DNA from: a virus
Lineage: Duplodnaviria > Heunggongvirae > Uroviricota > Caudoviricetes
Virus record (IMG/VR): IMGVR_UViG_2872152978_000002
Length of the DNA: 35,535 bases
Direction: 5' to 3' (one strand)
The stretch's first letter is position 1, and each line of letters opens with the position of its first letter. This document shows positions 8,163 to 16,949 of this stretch, piece by piece. Under the pieces are notes generated by a model. That model saw nothing but the letters and a program-made list of their open reading frames with translations. It was not told where the DNA came from and made no database searches. A program made the position numbers and the translations under genes.

Positions 8163-9440
8163 CTATGGTTTTTTATTAGAATCTTCGCCACTAAATAAAT
8201 TATAATAAATTGATTTTATTAGATATCTGTCAGAATCTATATGGTCAGCACGAGTAGCATGCTCTAATGTTTCAAATGCTAGGGTTTGTGCGGCTTCAGC
8301 AAAAATTCCAGGCCAACCCTTACTCAGCATCGACAGTCCTTTAAGGACCCTTATCTGAATTTCCCTCATACTGGCACCATCGCGCGCAACAGGTGAGAAA
8401 AAGTCTTCAAGTAGATCGTTATTCTGAAGTGGTGCAACATGTACAGAAGGATATTTCACTTCTATTTCATCAGATTTATTCTGCGCGTAAGCGGAAAGTA
8501 TACGTACACCTCTGCCAATGACATCAATGGCGGTTCCAGGATCGTTCACTGCGGGGGAAAGGGCTCGGCAGGCTATTTCGGCCATGACGCTAAGACAAAA
8601 TCGGGGGTCCTGAGCAAATGAACGTACATCCGAGACAATAATCGTCTCAAGTAAATCGGTGCTGATTGATGACTCCTGGCCCTGACTCAGGTACAAAACT
8701 GGCGTGGACGGATGTATGAAACTGCCCGGCTGCGCCACGAGGTATACATGACGGGGATCATTGGTCAGCAGCTTGCTGAGTTTCACCATATCAACATATT
8801 CAACATAGCCAATCTTTTTCGGATAAACTGCAACCGTTCCTTTCGGCTGTTCATTGTTCTCAAGCCATGGATATCCGCCGAGACAGGGATTTCTTGCTCT
8901 CGCAATAAATGTTTCGATGGCCGCCTGTTCTACTTTTGCCGTTGTCTCACCAACCCTCCCCAGAGAGGTCAAATGCTGTATCCAGCGAAGCAATGTGATG
9001 AGGATTAAGGCAATGACAACCAGTGTTACAATGAATAAAATGACTCTCCCCCTTTCTCCATAAGCTCCCATATTGAGGGCAATAATCCCTACCAGACTGA
9101 AGAGAAAAGAACCGATGAAGGTGGCCAGTACATTTTGTGTGGTGACGTCTTCAACAACTAAACGAGTAGCTCTGGGAGTCACATTAGTAGTGGCTGAACC
9201 GTAGGCTGTGACCATGATGCTCAGCGAAAATGTGGTCACTGCCAGCATACTCGATGCCAGTATGTTCAGAATGTTATCGACTGCTTCCGCACCAACCTTC
9301 ACGGAAACCGACTCAGGTATCATTGATTTAAAAAGAATTGATAAAAGGGCCGTTATTATTGCGACAATTGCGAATAACGTTGCCCTGAACCATAGTTTTT
9401 TAAATGTCTGCTTCAGCATCCATTTCCAGCGTGAAATCAT
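8163..9440 (-). CDS. Membrane protein with four N-terminal TM helices and a ~250-aa soluble domain (DUF2254-like, from memory)
   Basis: Four hydrophobic segments in the first ~160 aa. Start placed at the Met preceded by GAGGGA (the track ORF starts 15 nt upstream, inside the terminator T-run). Family assignment is from recollection only. Confidence 0.55.
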   Translation of the reverse strand: MISRWKWMLKQTFKKLWFRATLFAIVAIITALLSILFKSMIPESVSVKVGAEAVDNILNILASSMLAVTTFSLSIMVTAYGSATTNVTPRATRLVVEDVTTQNVLATFIGSFLFSLVGIIALNMGAYGERGRVILFIVTLVVIALILITLLRWIQHLTSLGRVGETTAKVEQAAIETFIARARNPCLGGYPWLENNEQPKGTVAVYPKKIGYVEYVDMVKLSKLLTNDPRHVYLVAQPGSFIHPSTPVLYLSQGQESSISTDLLETIIVSDVRSFAQDPRFCLSVMAEIACRALSPAVNDPGTAIDVIGRGVRILSAYAQNKSDEIEVKYPSVHVAPLQNNDLLEDFFSPVARDGASMREIQIRVLKGLSMLSKGWPGIFAEAAQTLAFETLEHATRADHIDSDRYLIKSIYYNLFSGEDSNKKP

Positions 9441-9461
9441 TCTGCATTCCCTCATATTGCA

Positions 9462-9492
9462 GCCGGGATAAATAAATGCCGCCTCTGTGGCG
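9462..9492 (-). terminator. Intrinsic terminator between the BCCT transporter gene and the downstream membrane protein gene
   Basis: ATGCCGCC-TCTGT-GGCGGCAT hairpin followed on the minus strand by TTTATTTATC, 12 nt after the transporter stop codon. Confidence 0.55.
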
Positions 9493-9503
9493 GCATGTTG
9501 CTG

Positions 9504-11507
9504 TTAACGAACCAGATGCAGGAAGTGCAGGTGTTTTTCGTACTGGTCCAGTATGTCATTAATCAGCTGTTCCTGATTCCAGCCCATTACATCATAATTT
9601 TGGCCGCCCTCTTTGAGATAGACTTCAGCGCGATAATATCGATGTTGTTCACTCTGCTGCTCATCATTATCCAGCGCAGCGAGCGCGAAGGTCGGTGAGT
9701 TATACCCGCGAAGCCTCACTTCATATATATAATTCAGCTCGTTGCCCAAATCGACTTCAAGGCGAATACGATCCTCGGCGGCGTCACTGATGTGGCTTAT
9801 CGTTCCCTGCTTGTTAAGTTCCTCCTGAACCAGCGTCATGGCGGGTTGGATAATGTCGTCCATAAAACGTTTCACAAGAGAGCGCTTCGGCAAATACGCG
9901 ATATTGCGTAACCTTCTCTGCCAGGGAATTGGGTTACGTGCAGCCGTAGGAGCAATAGTCGCCATGCTAAGGCTTTCACGCTTGGTCAAATCCCGACGCA
10001 GGGCTTTTAACAGTCCGTATATGGATATTAATAAGATAACTGAGAAGGGCAATGCACTCGCTATCGTTACGGTTTGCAACGCACTCAGCCCCCCTGCGAT
10101 CAGCAGGGCAATAGCAACAACGCCCATGAGCAATGCCCAGAAAATTCGCTGCCAGACGGGCGTGTTTGCCACCCCACCTGATGCCAGAGTATCCACAACC
10201 ATTGCCCCCGAATCAGCAGACGTTACAAAGAAGACGATGACCATCGCCATTGCAATGAATGACAGCACGGAAGAGAACGGGAAATGCTCCAGGAAATTAA
10301 ACAGGGCAAGCGCAACATCCTGCTGAACGGTATTGGCGAGGTCAGTGGCGCCCTGGTTCATGATGAGATAGATGGCGCTGTTTCCAAACACCGTCATCCA
10401 CATGAGCGTAAAGCCGGCGGGAACAAACAACACGCCAGTCACGAACTCACGAATTGTCCTGCCGCGGGAAACGCGTGCAATGAACATACCTACAAACGGC
10501 GACCATGAAAGCCACCATCCCCAGTATAATAATGTCCAGCCCCCCAGCCAGTTGCTCGACTTGGGTTCATACGCGTAAAGGTTGAACGTTTTACTCACCA
10601 GTTCCGACAGATAACCACCCGTATTTTCCACAAATGACTTCAGCAGAAGCACAGTGGGACCCAGGCACAAGACCAGCGCCAGGAGCAACACCGCCAGGCC
10701 CAGATTAAGCTCAGACAGGATGCGTATTCCCTTGTCCAGGCCGGACACCACCGAAATCGTCGCTAACCCCGTGATGACCACGATCAAAATGACCTGTACC
10801 GTTTCATTGATGGGCACGCCGAAAAGATGGTTCAAACCGGCATTCACCTGCAATACACCGTAACCCAGCGATGTTGCAACGCCAAAGACAGTGCCTATCA
10901 CGGCGAAGATATCAACCGCGTGGCCTATAGGCCCGTAAATGCGATCGCCGATAATGGGATAGAGCGCAGAACGCAGCGTTAAAGGCAGACCGTGACGGTA
11001 ACTGAAAAAGGCCAGAATCAGCGCCACGATGGCATAAATTGCCCATGCGTGCAGACCCCAGTGGAAGAACGTCAGGCGCATGGCTTCCTTCGCTGCCGCA
11101 ACGGTCTCTGGAGTGCCGACAGGTGGCGAAAGATAATGCATCACAGGTTCGGCAACGCCAAAGAACATCAGGCCGATCCCCATCCCTGCCGAAAAAAGCA
11201 TCGCGAACCAGGAGTGGTAGCTGAAATCAGGCTGCGCATGGTCTGGGCCCAGCTTTATATCACCGTAACGTGAGAGTCCAAGGAACGTGACGCTCAGTAA
11301 AATCAGGGCCACAGCAAGTATGTAGAACCAGCTGGCATTCGTGAAGATTTGTTGCTGAAGTAGTTTAAAATTTTTGTCGGCGACATCCGGGAATACGGCG
11401 GCAAAGGCGACAAGAAGGAAAATTAGCAAAGCAGATGTAAAGAATACCGCTTTGTTAACCTGGCTTGTAGACTTCTTTGGGGTTGTATCATTTTCACTCA
11501 TAATCAT
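9504..11507 (-). CDS. BCCT-family transporter, BetT-like (choline/betaine type), 667 aa
   Basis: BCCT signature GWTLLYWGWWLSWSPFVGMFIARVSRGRTIREF; overall collinear with E. coli BetT as I recall it, including the C-terminal ...DILDQYEKHLHFLHL tail. Confidence 0.85.
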   Translation of the reverse strand: MIMSENDTTPKKSTSQVNKAVFFTSALLIFLLVAFAAVFPDVADKNFKLLQQQIFTNASWFYILAVALILLSVTFLGLSRYGDIKLGPDHAQPDFSYHSWFAMLFSAGMGIGLMFFGVAEPVMHYLSPPVGTPETVAAAKEAMRLTFFHWGLHAWAIYAIVALILAFFSYRHGLPLTLRSALYPIIGDRIYGPIGHAVDIFAVIGTVFGVATSLGYGVLQVNAGLNHLFGVPINETVQVILIVVITGLATISVVSGLDKGIRILSELNLGLAVLLLALVLCLGPTVLLLKSFVENTGGYLSELVSKTFNLYAYEPKSSNWLGGWTLLYWGWWLSWSPFVGMFIARVSRGRTIREFVTGVLFVPAGFTLMWMTVFGNSAIYLIMNQGATDLANTVQQDVALALFNFLEHFPFSSVLSFIAMAMVIVFFVTSADSGAMVVDTLASGGVANTPVWQRIFWALLMGVVAIALLIAGGLSALQTVTIASALPFSVILLISIYGLLKALRRDLTKRESLSMATIAPTAARNPIPWQRRLRNIAYLPKRSLVKRFMDDIIQPAMTLVQEELNKQGTISHISDAAEDRIRLEVDLGNELNYIYEVRLRGYNSPTFALAALDNDEQQSEQHRYYRAEVYLKEGGQNYDVMGWNQEQLINDILDQYEKHLHFLHLVR

Positions 11508-11822
11508 TTATTCCATTAATTAAATCCGCACTGGATAGAAGGTACTACCTCTCACAGAGTAGCAAAGTTCAACTGGCTATGCGGGATTAATCGGAATGCA
11601 TGGTGGAATGAGTGCCGATACAAATCATCCTATATTCTAAGGAGTTTTAAGTTACTCAGCCTGCCAATTACTGGGGCATTTAATTTGTATGATCTGTATC
11701 AAAGCTGGGATATAAGTTAAGTGAAGTATATTAGGCACGAATTACCAGCGTCTGCTCTTGGCACAGAGCGGACTGTCAGATTAGACTTTACTCTGTGCTA
11801 TAGGTATGTCAGCTCATACAAC

Positions 11823-12350
11823 TTATTGCGGCATTTCCGGCCATTCAGGATTTGCAGGATCCACACGACTGACCAGAACGCTGTAGCGTTCCCATGCTTC
11901 CAGTCGGCTGCGCTCCTCATCTGTTGCCATATTCAGCCTGACAGCGCGCTCCAGCGGCAAAATCACGGATTCAGCTTCGGAAAGTAAAGTTGCCTTTTGT
12001 GATTCTGCCAGTTGCTGCTGTTCGTCTGCCGTATAAATCCGCTTAATCACGGCACCATCCTTAAACATCCATTTACCTGAGTCATCAGCACGTCGGTTGG
12101 CGGTAATATCAGGAACCTCGACAACGCTAAAACCTTCAGGGTTAAGCGTTGAAGCATCTCTGGTGATGCCGACAATTATATTATTCTCGTCGTAAACAAT
12201 CTTTATCGTGTCTTCCTGAAAATTACTTACTTCCTCATACCAGTTTTTTCCGTCTTCAGACCATAACCAGATAACATCAAAATTTTTTGTCAGTTGATAT
12301 TGGGCAACAGTTTTGGGATTACCCGCAGTAATATTTTTTAAATGCTGCAT
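11823..12350 (-). CDS. G: Tail fibre assembly protein G, 175 aa
   Basis: 175-aa ORF directly downstream of H; P2 gpG length and position. Confidence 0.88.
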   Translation of the reverse strand: MQHLKNITAGNPKTVAQYQLTKNFDVIWLWSEDGKNWYEEVSNFQEDTIKIVYDENNIIVGITRDASTLNPEGFSVVEVPDITANRRADDSGKWMFKDGAVIKRIYTADEQQQLAESQKATLLSEAESVILPLERAVRLNMATDEERSRLEAWERYSVLVSRVDPANPEWPEMPQ

Positions 12351-12353
12351 AAA

Positions 12354-14444
12354 TTACACCTGTGCGACGTTATACCATGTGCCATTAATGTATTTTTGTA
12401 TTGGTCTGAATACTGCCGGATCATCGCCATCAACTTCGCCGACAATGCCAAGCCCTGTAATTACATGGCCTGATTTCTCATACATCACGCCTTTTTGCAT
12501 GGTCTGAACAACACGCGTACCCAGGCGAACATCTTTCACATAGCGGGAATCAAAATTTCCGTAATCTGATGGGTTAACACGTCCAGTAACACTCAGGCCA
12601 TGCCCCATTGACACTCCGCCATTGGCGTTATTGATAGTCAGCGGTCTTAAACCGTTCCATGTTCCAAATTTATCGCCAGAGGCCGTCAGCATTAAATATG
12701 TGCTGCCGCCATCATTCCTGATAAAGAATCCATAATTGCCATAAGCAATGCGCAGACCATTAGCACTGAGCGATGTAATTTCACCTCTTGAACGAAGACC
12801 ATAAGCAGAGCTGAGTGATAATTCTTCCTGAGCATCAGTATTACCTGTCGCCCAGCGAATTACCCCGCCCTGTACTGTTTCATGCCAGATAGTGTCTCCT
12901 TCTCCACCACGAAACTTTCTGAGATATTTTTTGCCGCCTCTGGTGCCGGAACATAAGGCCGTAGACATATAGGCATTCTGGCTTCCACTATCCTGATTAA
13001 TAGTTCCAGACATAGAATCGCCGTAACGGTTCCAGTCACGCCGCCAGCCAGGAGCATAGTTGTCCCCGTGGTTAATATAAGTAAATTGCGCGCTTGTAGC
13101 GCCCCCACCGCTTGATGTTGTTGGTGTGGTAATACGAATAGTCATTGCAGACTTTATGCCCATTACCTCAATAACAGCGCCAGCAAGATGAATATTGCCA
13201 CAGCCAGTATCCGTAATGATTTTGTTATTTGCATATGACCAGGAGCCTTTGCACATCCAGTACGGATGATTAAATGCACCACGGGAATCCAGCCATTCAA
13301 TAAACTGAGCGGTTGTCCAGTTTCCGGCTTCAGTGCTCAAAGCGCCGCTATAAGCACGACAGGCACCGATATTTTTCGTGAAGGTATCCTTTCCCGGAAT
13401 ATCCGCACCGTTCTGATCTTTCTGAAGACGTTTTTCAGCATTGTCATAGGCAGACTTCACCGCCTTTGGCGTTGCAGCCTGCGTTTCAGAATCACTGTTG
13501 GTGGCGCTACTGAGCTGGACAAGACCTTTTCGCGCCGTGGTGGCATCCTGTGCAGTGTATTTCCCGTTAGCAAGGTCATATGCTGTCTTAACCGCCTTTG
13601 GCGTTGCCGCAAGCGTTTCAGAATCGCTGTTGGTGGCGCTACTGAGCTGAACAAGGCCTTTTCGCGCTGTTGTGGCATCCTGTGCAGTGTATTTCCCGTT
13701 AGCAAGGTCATATGCTGCCTTTACCGCTTTCGGCGTTGCGGCGAGCGTTTCAGACGTGCTGTTAGTCGCACTACTGAGCTGAACAAGGCCTTTTCGCGCG
13801 GTGGTAGCGTCCTGTGCGGTATATTTCCCGTTAGCAAGGTCATATGCGGCCTTAACCGCTTTCGGAGTTGCAGCCAGTGTTTCAGACGTGCTGTTGGTCG
13901 CACTGCTTAACTGAGTAAAACCTTTTGCGGTCAGCGAGGCGTCAGGGTGACGTCGTGACTGTTCATGTTCTGCAATTTTGTCATCAACGTAATCCTGCGT
14001 TGCCATCACCGTTGTGGTGTCAATGGTCAGCTCCACTGAGGCCACACTGCTGACGATGATGACCATGCGGCAGGTCTGCGAACGCCCTGAGCCTTCGGCA
14101 AGGGCTGGCTTATAACTTTCGGCCATGTTCGCCACGGCAATTAGCGTTCCCGCATCATCGTACAGGCCAAGTTCACGCATCCAGAAACCGCCCACCTCCG
14201 GCGGAATAACCAGCTCTGCGATAATATAATTACTGTTTCGTTTGTCCTGGCTGATTTTGTTCAGCGCATGTCGCCAGACTTCATGGATAAGCCCGGTCTG
14301 TCCGGCATCCGGGACAGGCAATTTACCACCGCCATCCCCGACGGCCATCGTGGTAATGTTGACCTTCCGCCCTCCCGGTGCGGTTGCCGCTGCCAGCTTT
14401 GCTGCACCGGCAGTGGTGATAACGGTTTTGAATTTTGTGCTCAT
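12354..14444 (-). CDS. H: Tail fibre protein H, 696 aa
   Basis: P2 gpH position between I and G; contains four tandem ~40-aa repeats (DATTARKGLVQLSSATNS.SET.AATPKAVK.AYDLANGKYTAQ) and a divergent C-terminal domain. Confidence 0.88.
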   Translation of the reverse strand: MSTKFKTVITTAGAAKLAAATAPGGRKVNITTMAVGDGGGKLPVPDAGQTGLIHEVWRHALNKISQDKRNSNYIIAELVIPPEVGGFWMRELGLYDDAGTLIAVANMAESYKPALAEGSGRSQTCRMVIIVSSVASVELTIDTTTVMATQDYVDDKIAEHEQSRRHPDASLTAKGFTQLSSATNSTSETLAATPKAVKAAYDLANGKYTAQDATTARKGLVQLSSATNSTSETLAATPKAVKAAYDLANGKYTAQDATTARKGLVQLSSATNSDSETLAATPKAVKTAYDLANGKYTAQDATTARKGLVQLSSATNSDSETQAATPKAVKSAYDNAEKRLQKDQNGADIPGKDTFTKNIGACRAYSGALSTEAGNWTTAQFIEWLDSRGAFNHPYWMCKGSWSYANNKIITDTGCGNIHLAGAVIEVMGIKSAMTIRITTPTTSSGGGATSAQFTYINHGDNYAPGWRRDWNRYGDSMSGTINQDSGSQNAYMSTALCSGTRGGKKYLRKFRGGEGDTIWHETVQGGVIRWATGNTDAQEELSLSSAYGLRSRGEITSLSANGLRIAYGNYGFFIRNDGGSTYLMLTASGDKFGTWNGLRPLTINNANGGVSMGHGLSVTGRVNPSDYGNFDSRYVKDVRLGTRVVQTMQKGVMYEKSGHVITGLGIVGEVDGDDPAVFRPIQKYINGTWYNVAQV
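13440..13920. repeat. Four tandem ~120-bp in-frame repeats inside tail fibre gene H
   Basis: Near-identical ~120-bp units visible in the nucleotide sequence; they also generate the spurious antisense ORFs at 13266..13910, 13457..13711 and 13721..13903. Confidence 0.75.
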
Positions 14445-14454
14445 TATTCCTCAC

Positions 14455-14985
14455 TTATCCGGGGTAAACCGTAATTACATCGCCGTCGTAAGCCACACCA
14501 CCGGCGAACAGGTAGCCGGGAATATCCCGGGTAATGTTCAGGCCAATAAGATGACGGCTTGCAGGTTTGGCATCAGCAATAAGCCGTTCCATTTCCTGAT
14601 ACATTGCCTCTGTGATGCCGCTTTCCAGTACGCCAATATCAAGCCGGAAGGTGCCTGGCGGGTCACTGGTTTCCCACCACTCCGTCACGTTGATGAGATA
14701 GCCCAGCGGCTCCACCACACGCCGGATTGCACCTATAGTGCCTTTATGACAGTGGATGAAATAGGCATCGCGAATAACGGCGCGTTTGGTCGCTTCCGGC
14801 CACTTTTCATCCCACCTGTCGACCGAAAACGCCCACGCCAGCCACGGCAGCAGATTTGCCGGACAGGTATCCGGGTTCCACAGATCACGAATACTGACCG
14901 GCGTTTTTTCAATTTCCGCACAGGCTTTTGCGGCGGCGACTTCAAGCGGTGATGAGCCGGTCGGCAGCAGGCGCGAATCACTCAT
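14455..14985 (-). CDS. I: Baseplate protein I, 176 aa
   Basis: 176-aa ORF between J and H; P2 gpI length and position. Confidence 0.88.
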   Translation of the reverse strand: MSDSRLLPTGSSPLEVAAAKACAEIEKTPVSIRDLWNPDTCPANLLPWLAWAFSVDRWDEKWPEATKRAVIRDAYFIHCHKGTIGAIRRVVEPLGYLINVTEWWETSDPPGTFRLDIGVLESGITEAMYQEMERLIADAKPASRHLIGLNITRDIPGYLFAGGVAYDGDVITVYPG

Positions 14986-15886
14986 CCGAGCCTCCGGTCA
15001 CGACGCGGTATTCGGTACAGAAAGACGCCTGCGTACTGTTGAGCACAATGTCGGCCAGTGGTGCAGCCAGTTCGACACGCTGCACGCCTTCCACATGCAA
15101 AGCGGCATAAATGGCAGACAGACGGATGTCGCGCCCCAGCCGGTGCTGTGCCGTGATGTACGCTTCCAGTTTTTTCACGGCGGCAGCGCGGATGGGTTCG
15201 CTTTCGGGACCAGGGTAAAGGTAAAGCGTGGCGTTTATCTGGTATTCAACGATGGCGGCAGACTGCACGGTCACGCGGTCGGCTACCGGCCTGACGTCCT
15301 CGCCATTAAGGGCGTTACGCACCACCGCCAGCAGGTCTTCGGATGCGACACCGTTATTTTCACGTGACAGCACAGAGATGGTGACGCAGGCCGGAGAAGG
15401 ACTGGTGACAGAGATATCTGCGACACGCCCGTCGGCACTTCGACCATGATACTGATAGGCCCCCACCGACCCGGCGACGCTTAAACCTTCAAACGCCTGC
15501 TGAATACGCAGACGATAATCGGTGTCAGATTCCATCTCGGCCGGTGTCGGCGGGAGGGTCGAATCATCTGCCGGGGTGATAATCAGGCGCGCGGTGTTGT
15601 AATTGGCACCAATCACATCAAGGTCATTACCGGCAGCACAGGCCAGCATCACCGCCCGTGCGGCCTCATTCACACGCTGACGCCAGATAAGCTCACGATA
15701 AGCATTTTCCTCCAGCAGTTTGACGAGAGGCTCAGATTCAAGCGTCAGGGTACGGGCGACCGCCTCCTGCTGGTCTTCCGGGTAAAGGGAAATCAGTGTC
15801 GCCTTGCGTTCGGCAAGAATGGTTTCAAAGTCCAGCTCCTCGACCACATCCGGTGCGGGTAGCTGGTTCAGGTCGATAATCGGCAT
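14978..15886 (-). CDS. J: Baseplate wedge protein J, 302 aa
   Basis: 302-aa ORF between W and I; P2 gpJ length and position. Confidence 0.88.
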   Translation of the reverse strand: MPIIDLNQLPAPDVVEELDFETILAERKATLISLYPEDQQEAVARTLTLESEPLVKLLEENAYRELIWRQRVNEAARAVMLACAAGNDLDVIGANYNTARLIITPADDSTLPPTPAEMESDTDYRLRIQQAFEGLSVAGSVGAYQYHGRSADGRVADISVTSPSPACVTISVLSRENNGVASEDLLAVVRNALNGEDVRPVADRVTVQSAAIVEYQINATLYLYPGPESEPIRAAAVKKLEAYITAQHRLGRDIRLSAIYAALHVEGVQRVELAAPLADIVLNSTQASFCTEYRVVTGGSDE

Positions 15887-15890
15887 GGTT

Positions 15891-16238
15891 TCAACTCACA
15901 GGGATGGTTAACGAAAGTGGCTGGCCGGTGTCGTTGTGCTGACCGGTTAACGTGACCGTCATTCGCCCGTCAAAACTGCGCGCCGTGGTGACGGATGACA
16001 GGGTGACGCGGGGTTCCCATTTCAGCACTGCCATGTAACAGGCGACCTTAATCTGCAACTCAAGCGCCGGGGTCTGCGGCTGGTCAATCATTGATGCCAG
16101 CAACGAGCCGTAATCACGACGCATCACCCGTGAGCCGACCGGTGTGCGCAGGATATCGCCGATACTCTGGCTGATATGCTCAAGGTCAGTGACCGTCAGG
16201 CCATCACTGCGATTCATTCCGAGATAACGCGCTGTCAT
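15891..16238 (-). CDS. W: Baseplate protein W, 115 aa
   Basis: 115-aa ORF downstream of V; P2 gpW length and position. Confidence 0.88.
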   Translation of the reverse strand: MTARYLGMNRSDGLTVTDLEHISQSIGDILRTPVGSRVMRRDYGSLLASMIDQPQTPALELQIKVACYMAVLKWEPRVTLSSVTTARSFDGRMTVTLTGQHNDTGQPLSLTIPVS

Positions 16239-16863
16239 AGAGGACTCCCGGTTGTGCCGCCGCTGTCGCCGGGGTGTTTATGGGTATGCAGTACCTTCCC
16301 GTTTGATGAAAGTTCACCGCCGGTGTGTTCAATGTTGCCGCGCATCGTCCCGCCCTTCTGCACTTCCAGCGTGCCGGTAATCAGCTTGTTGGTGCAGACC
16401 ACCTCCGGTGTGTCCAGGGTGACGCGGGTTGATGCTTTCACCATGACCACCGGCACCGTGGCAGTAACAGAATCAGAAGCCGTCACGCTGGCCGTTTTAA
16501 TTCCGCTTACCGTGAGTGCACTGGTTTCAGGTTCATACTCAATCACCGCCCCGTCAGGGAAACGGATATGCAGGGCATCCGCCGACGCCGACGGCGCGGG
16601 TTATCGCCGGAATAAATCCCCGGCAGAACGAACGCCGTGTCGAGTTCACCGCCCACGGCCAGAATCAGCACCTGTTCCCCCACGGAAGGTGCCCACCATG
16701 TGCGCGAACGACCGGCGCGATGGGTCAGCCACTGAAGCCAGTCGGTGCACATGCCGCCGGTCTGCACACGGCAGCGACCGGCATTAAGGTCGGTTTCGAC
16801 GATAATGCCAGTGCGAATCATATTGCGTATAAAGCGAAGAATTTCATTGTATTGTGCATTCAT
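16235..16863 (-). pseudogene. V: Baseplate spike gene V, split by a frameshift (or sequencing error)
   Basis: N-terminal part (MNAQYNEILRFIRNMIRTGIIVETDLNAGRCRVQTGG...SGDN) and C-terminal part (...ADALHIRFPDGAVIEYEPETSALTVSG...GSPL) lie in different frames. They join if 2 nt are removed or 1 added near 16596..16600 in a GCGCCG-rich run; the joined length is about that of P2 gpV (211 aa). Confidence 0.7.
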
Positions 16864-16949
16864 TCGATAATAATGATTCTGTACAATCTCGAAGTAAATC
16901 ACACCACGATTTCTGGTGCACAGAACAACAAGGGACAACAAAATCCATT

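Noticed and set aside
13266-13910. 214-aa plus-strand ORF and two minus-strand ORFs with internally repeated peptide sequence; also considered as a possible CRISPR-like array
   Set aside because: They are generated by the ~120-bp tandem repeats of tail fibre gene H read in the wrong frame or strand. The repeats are contiguous and in-frame with H, with no spacers, so this is not a CRISPR array.
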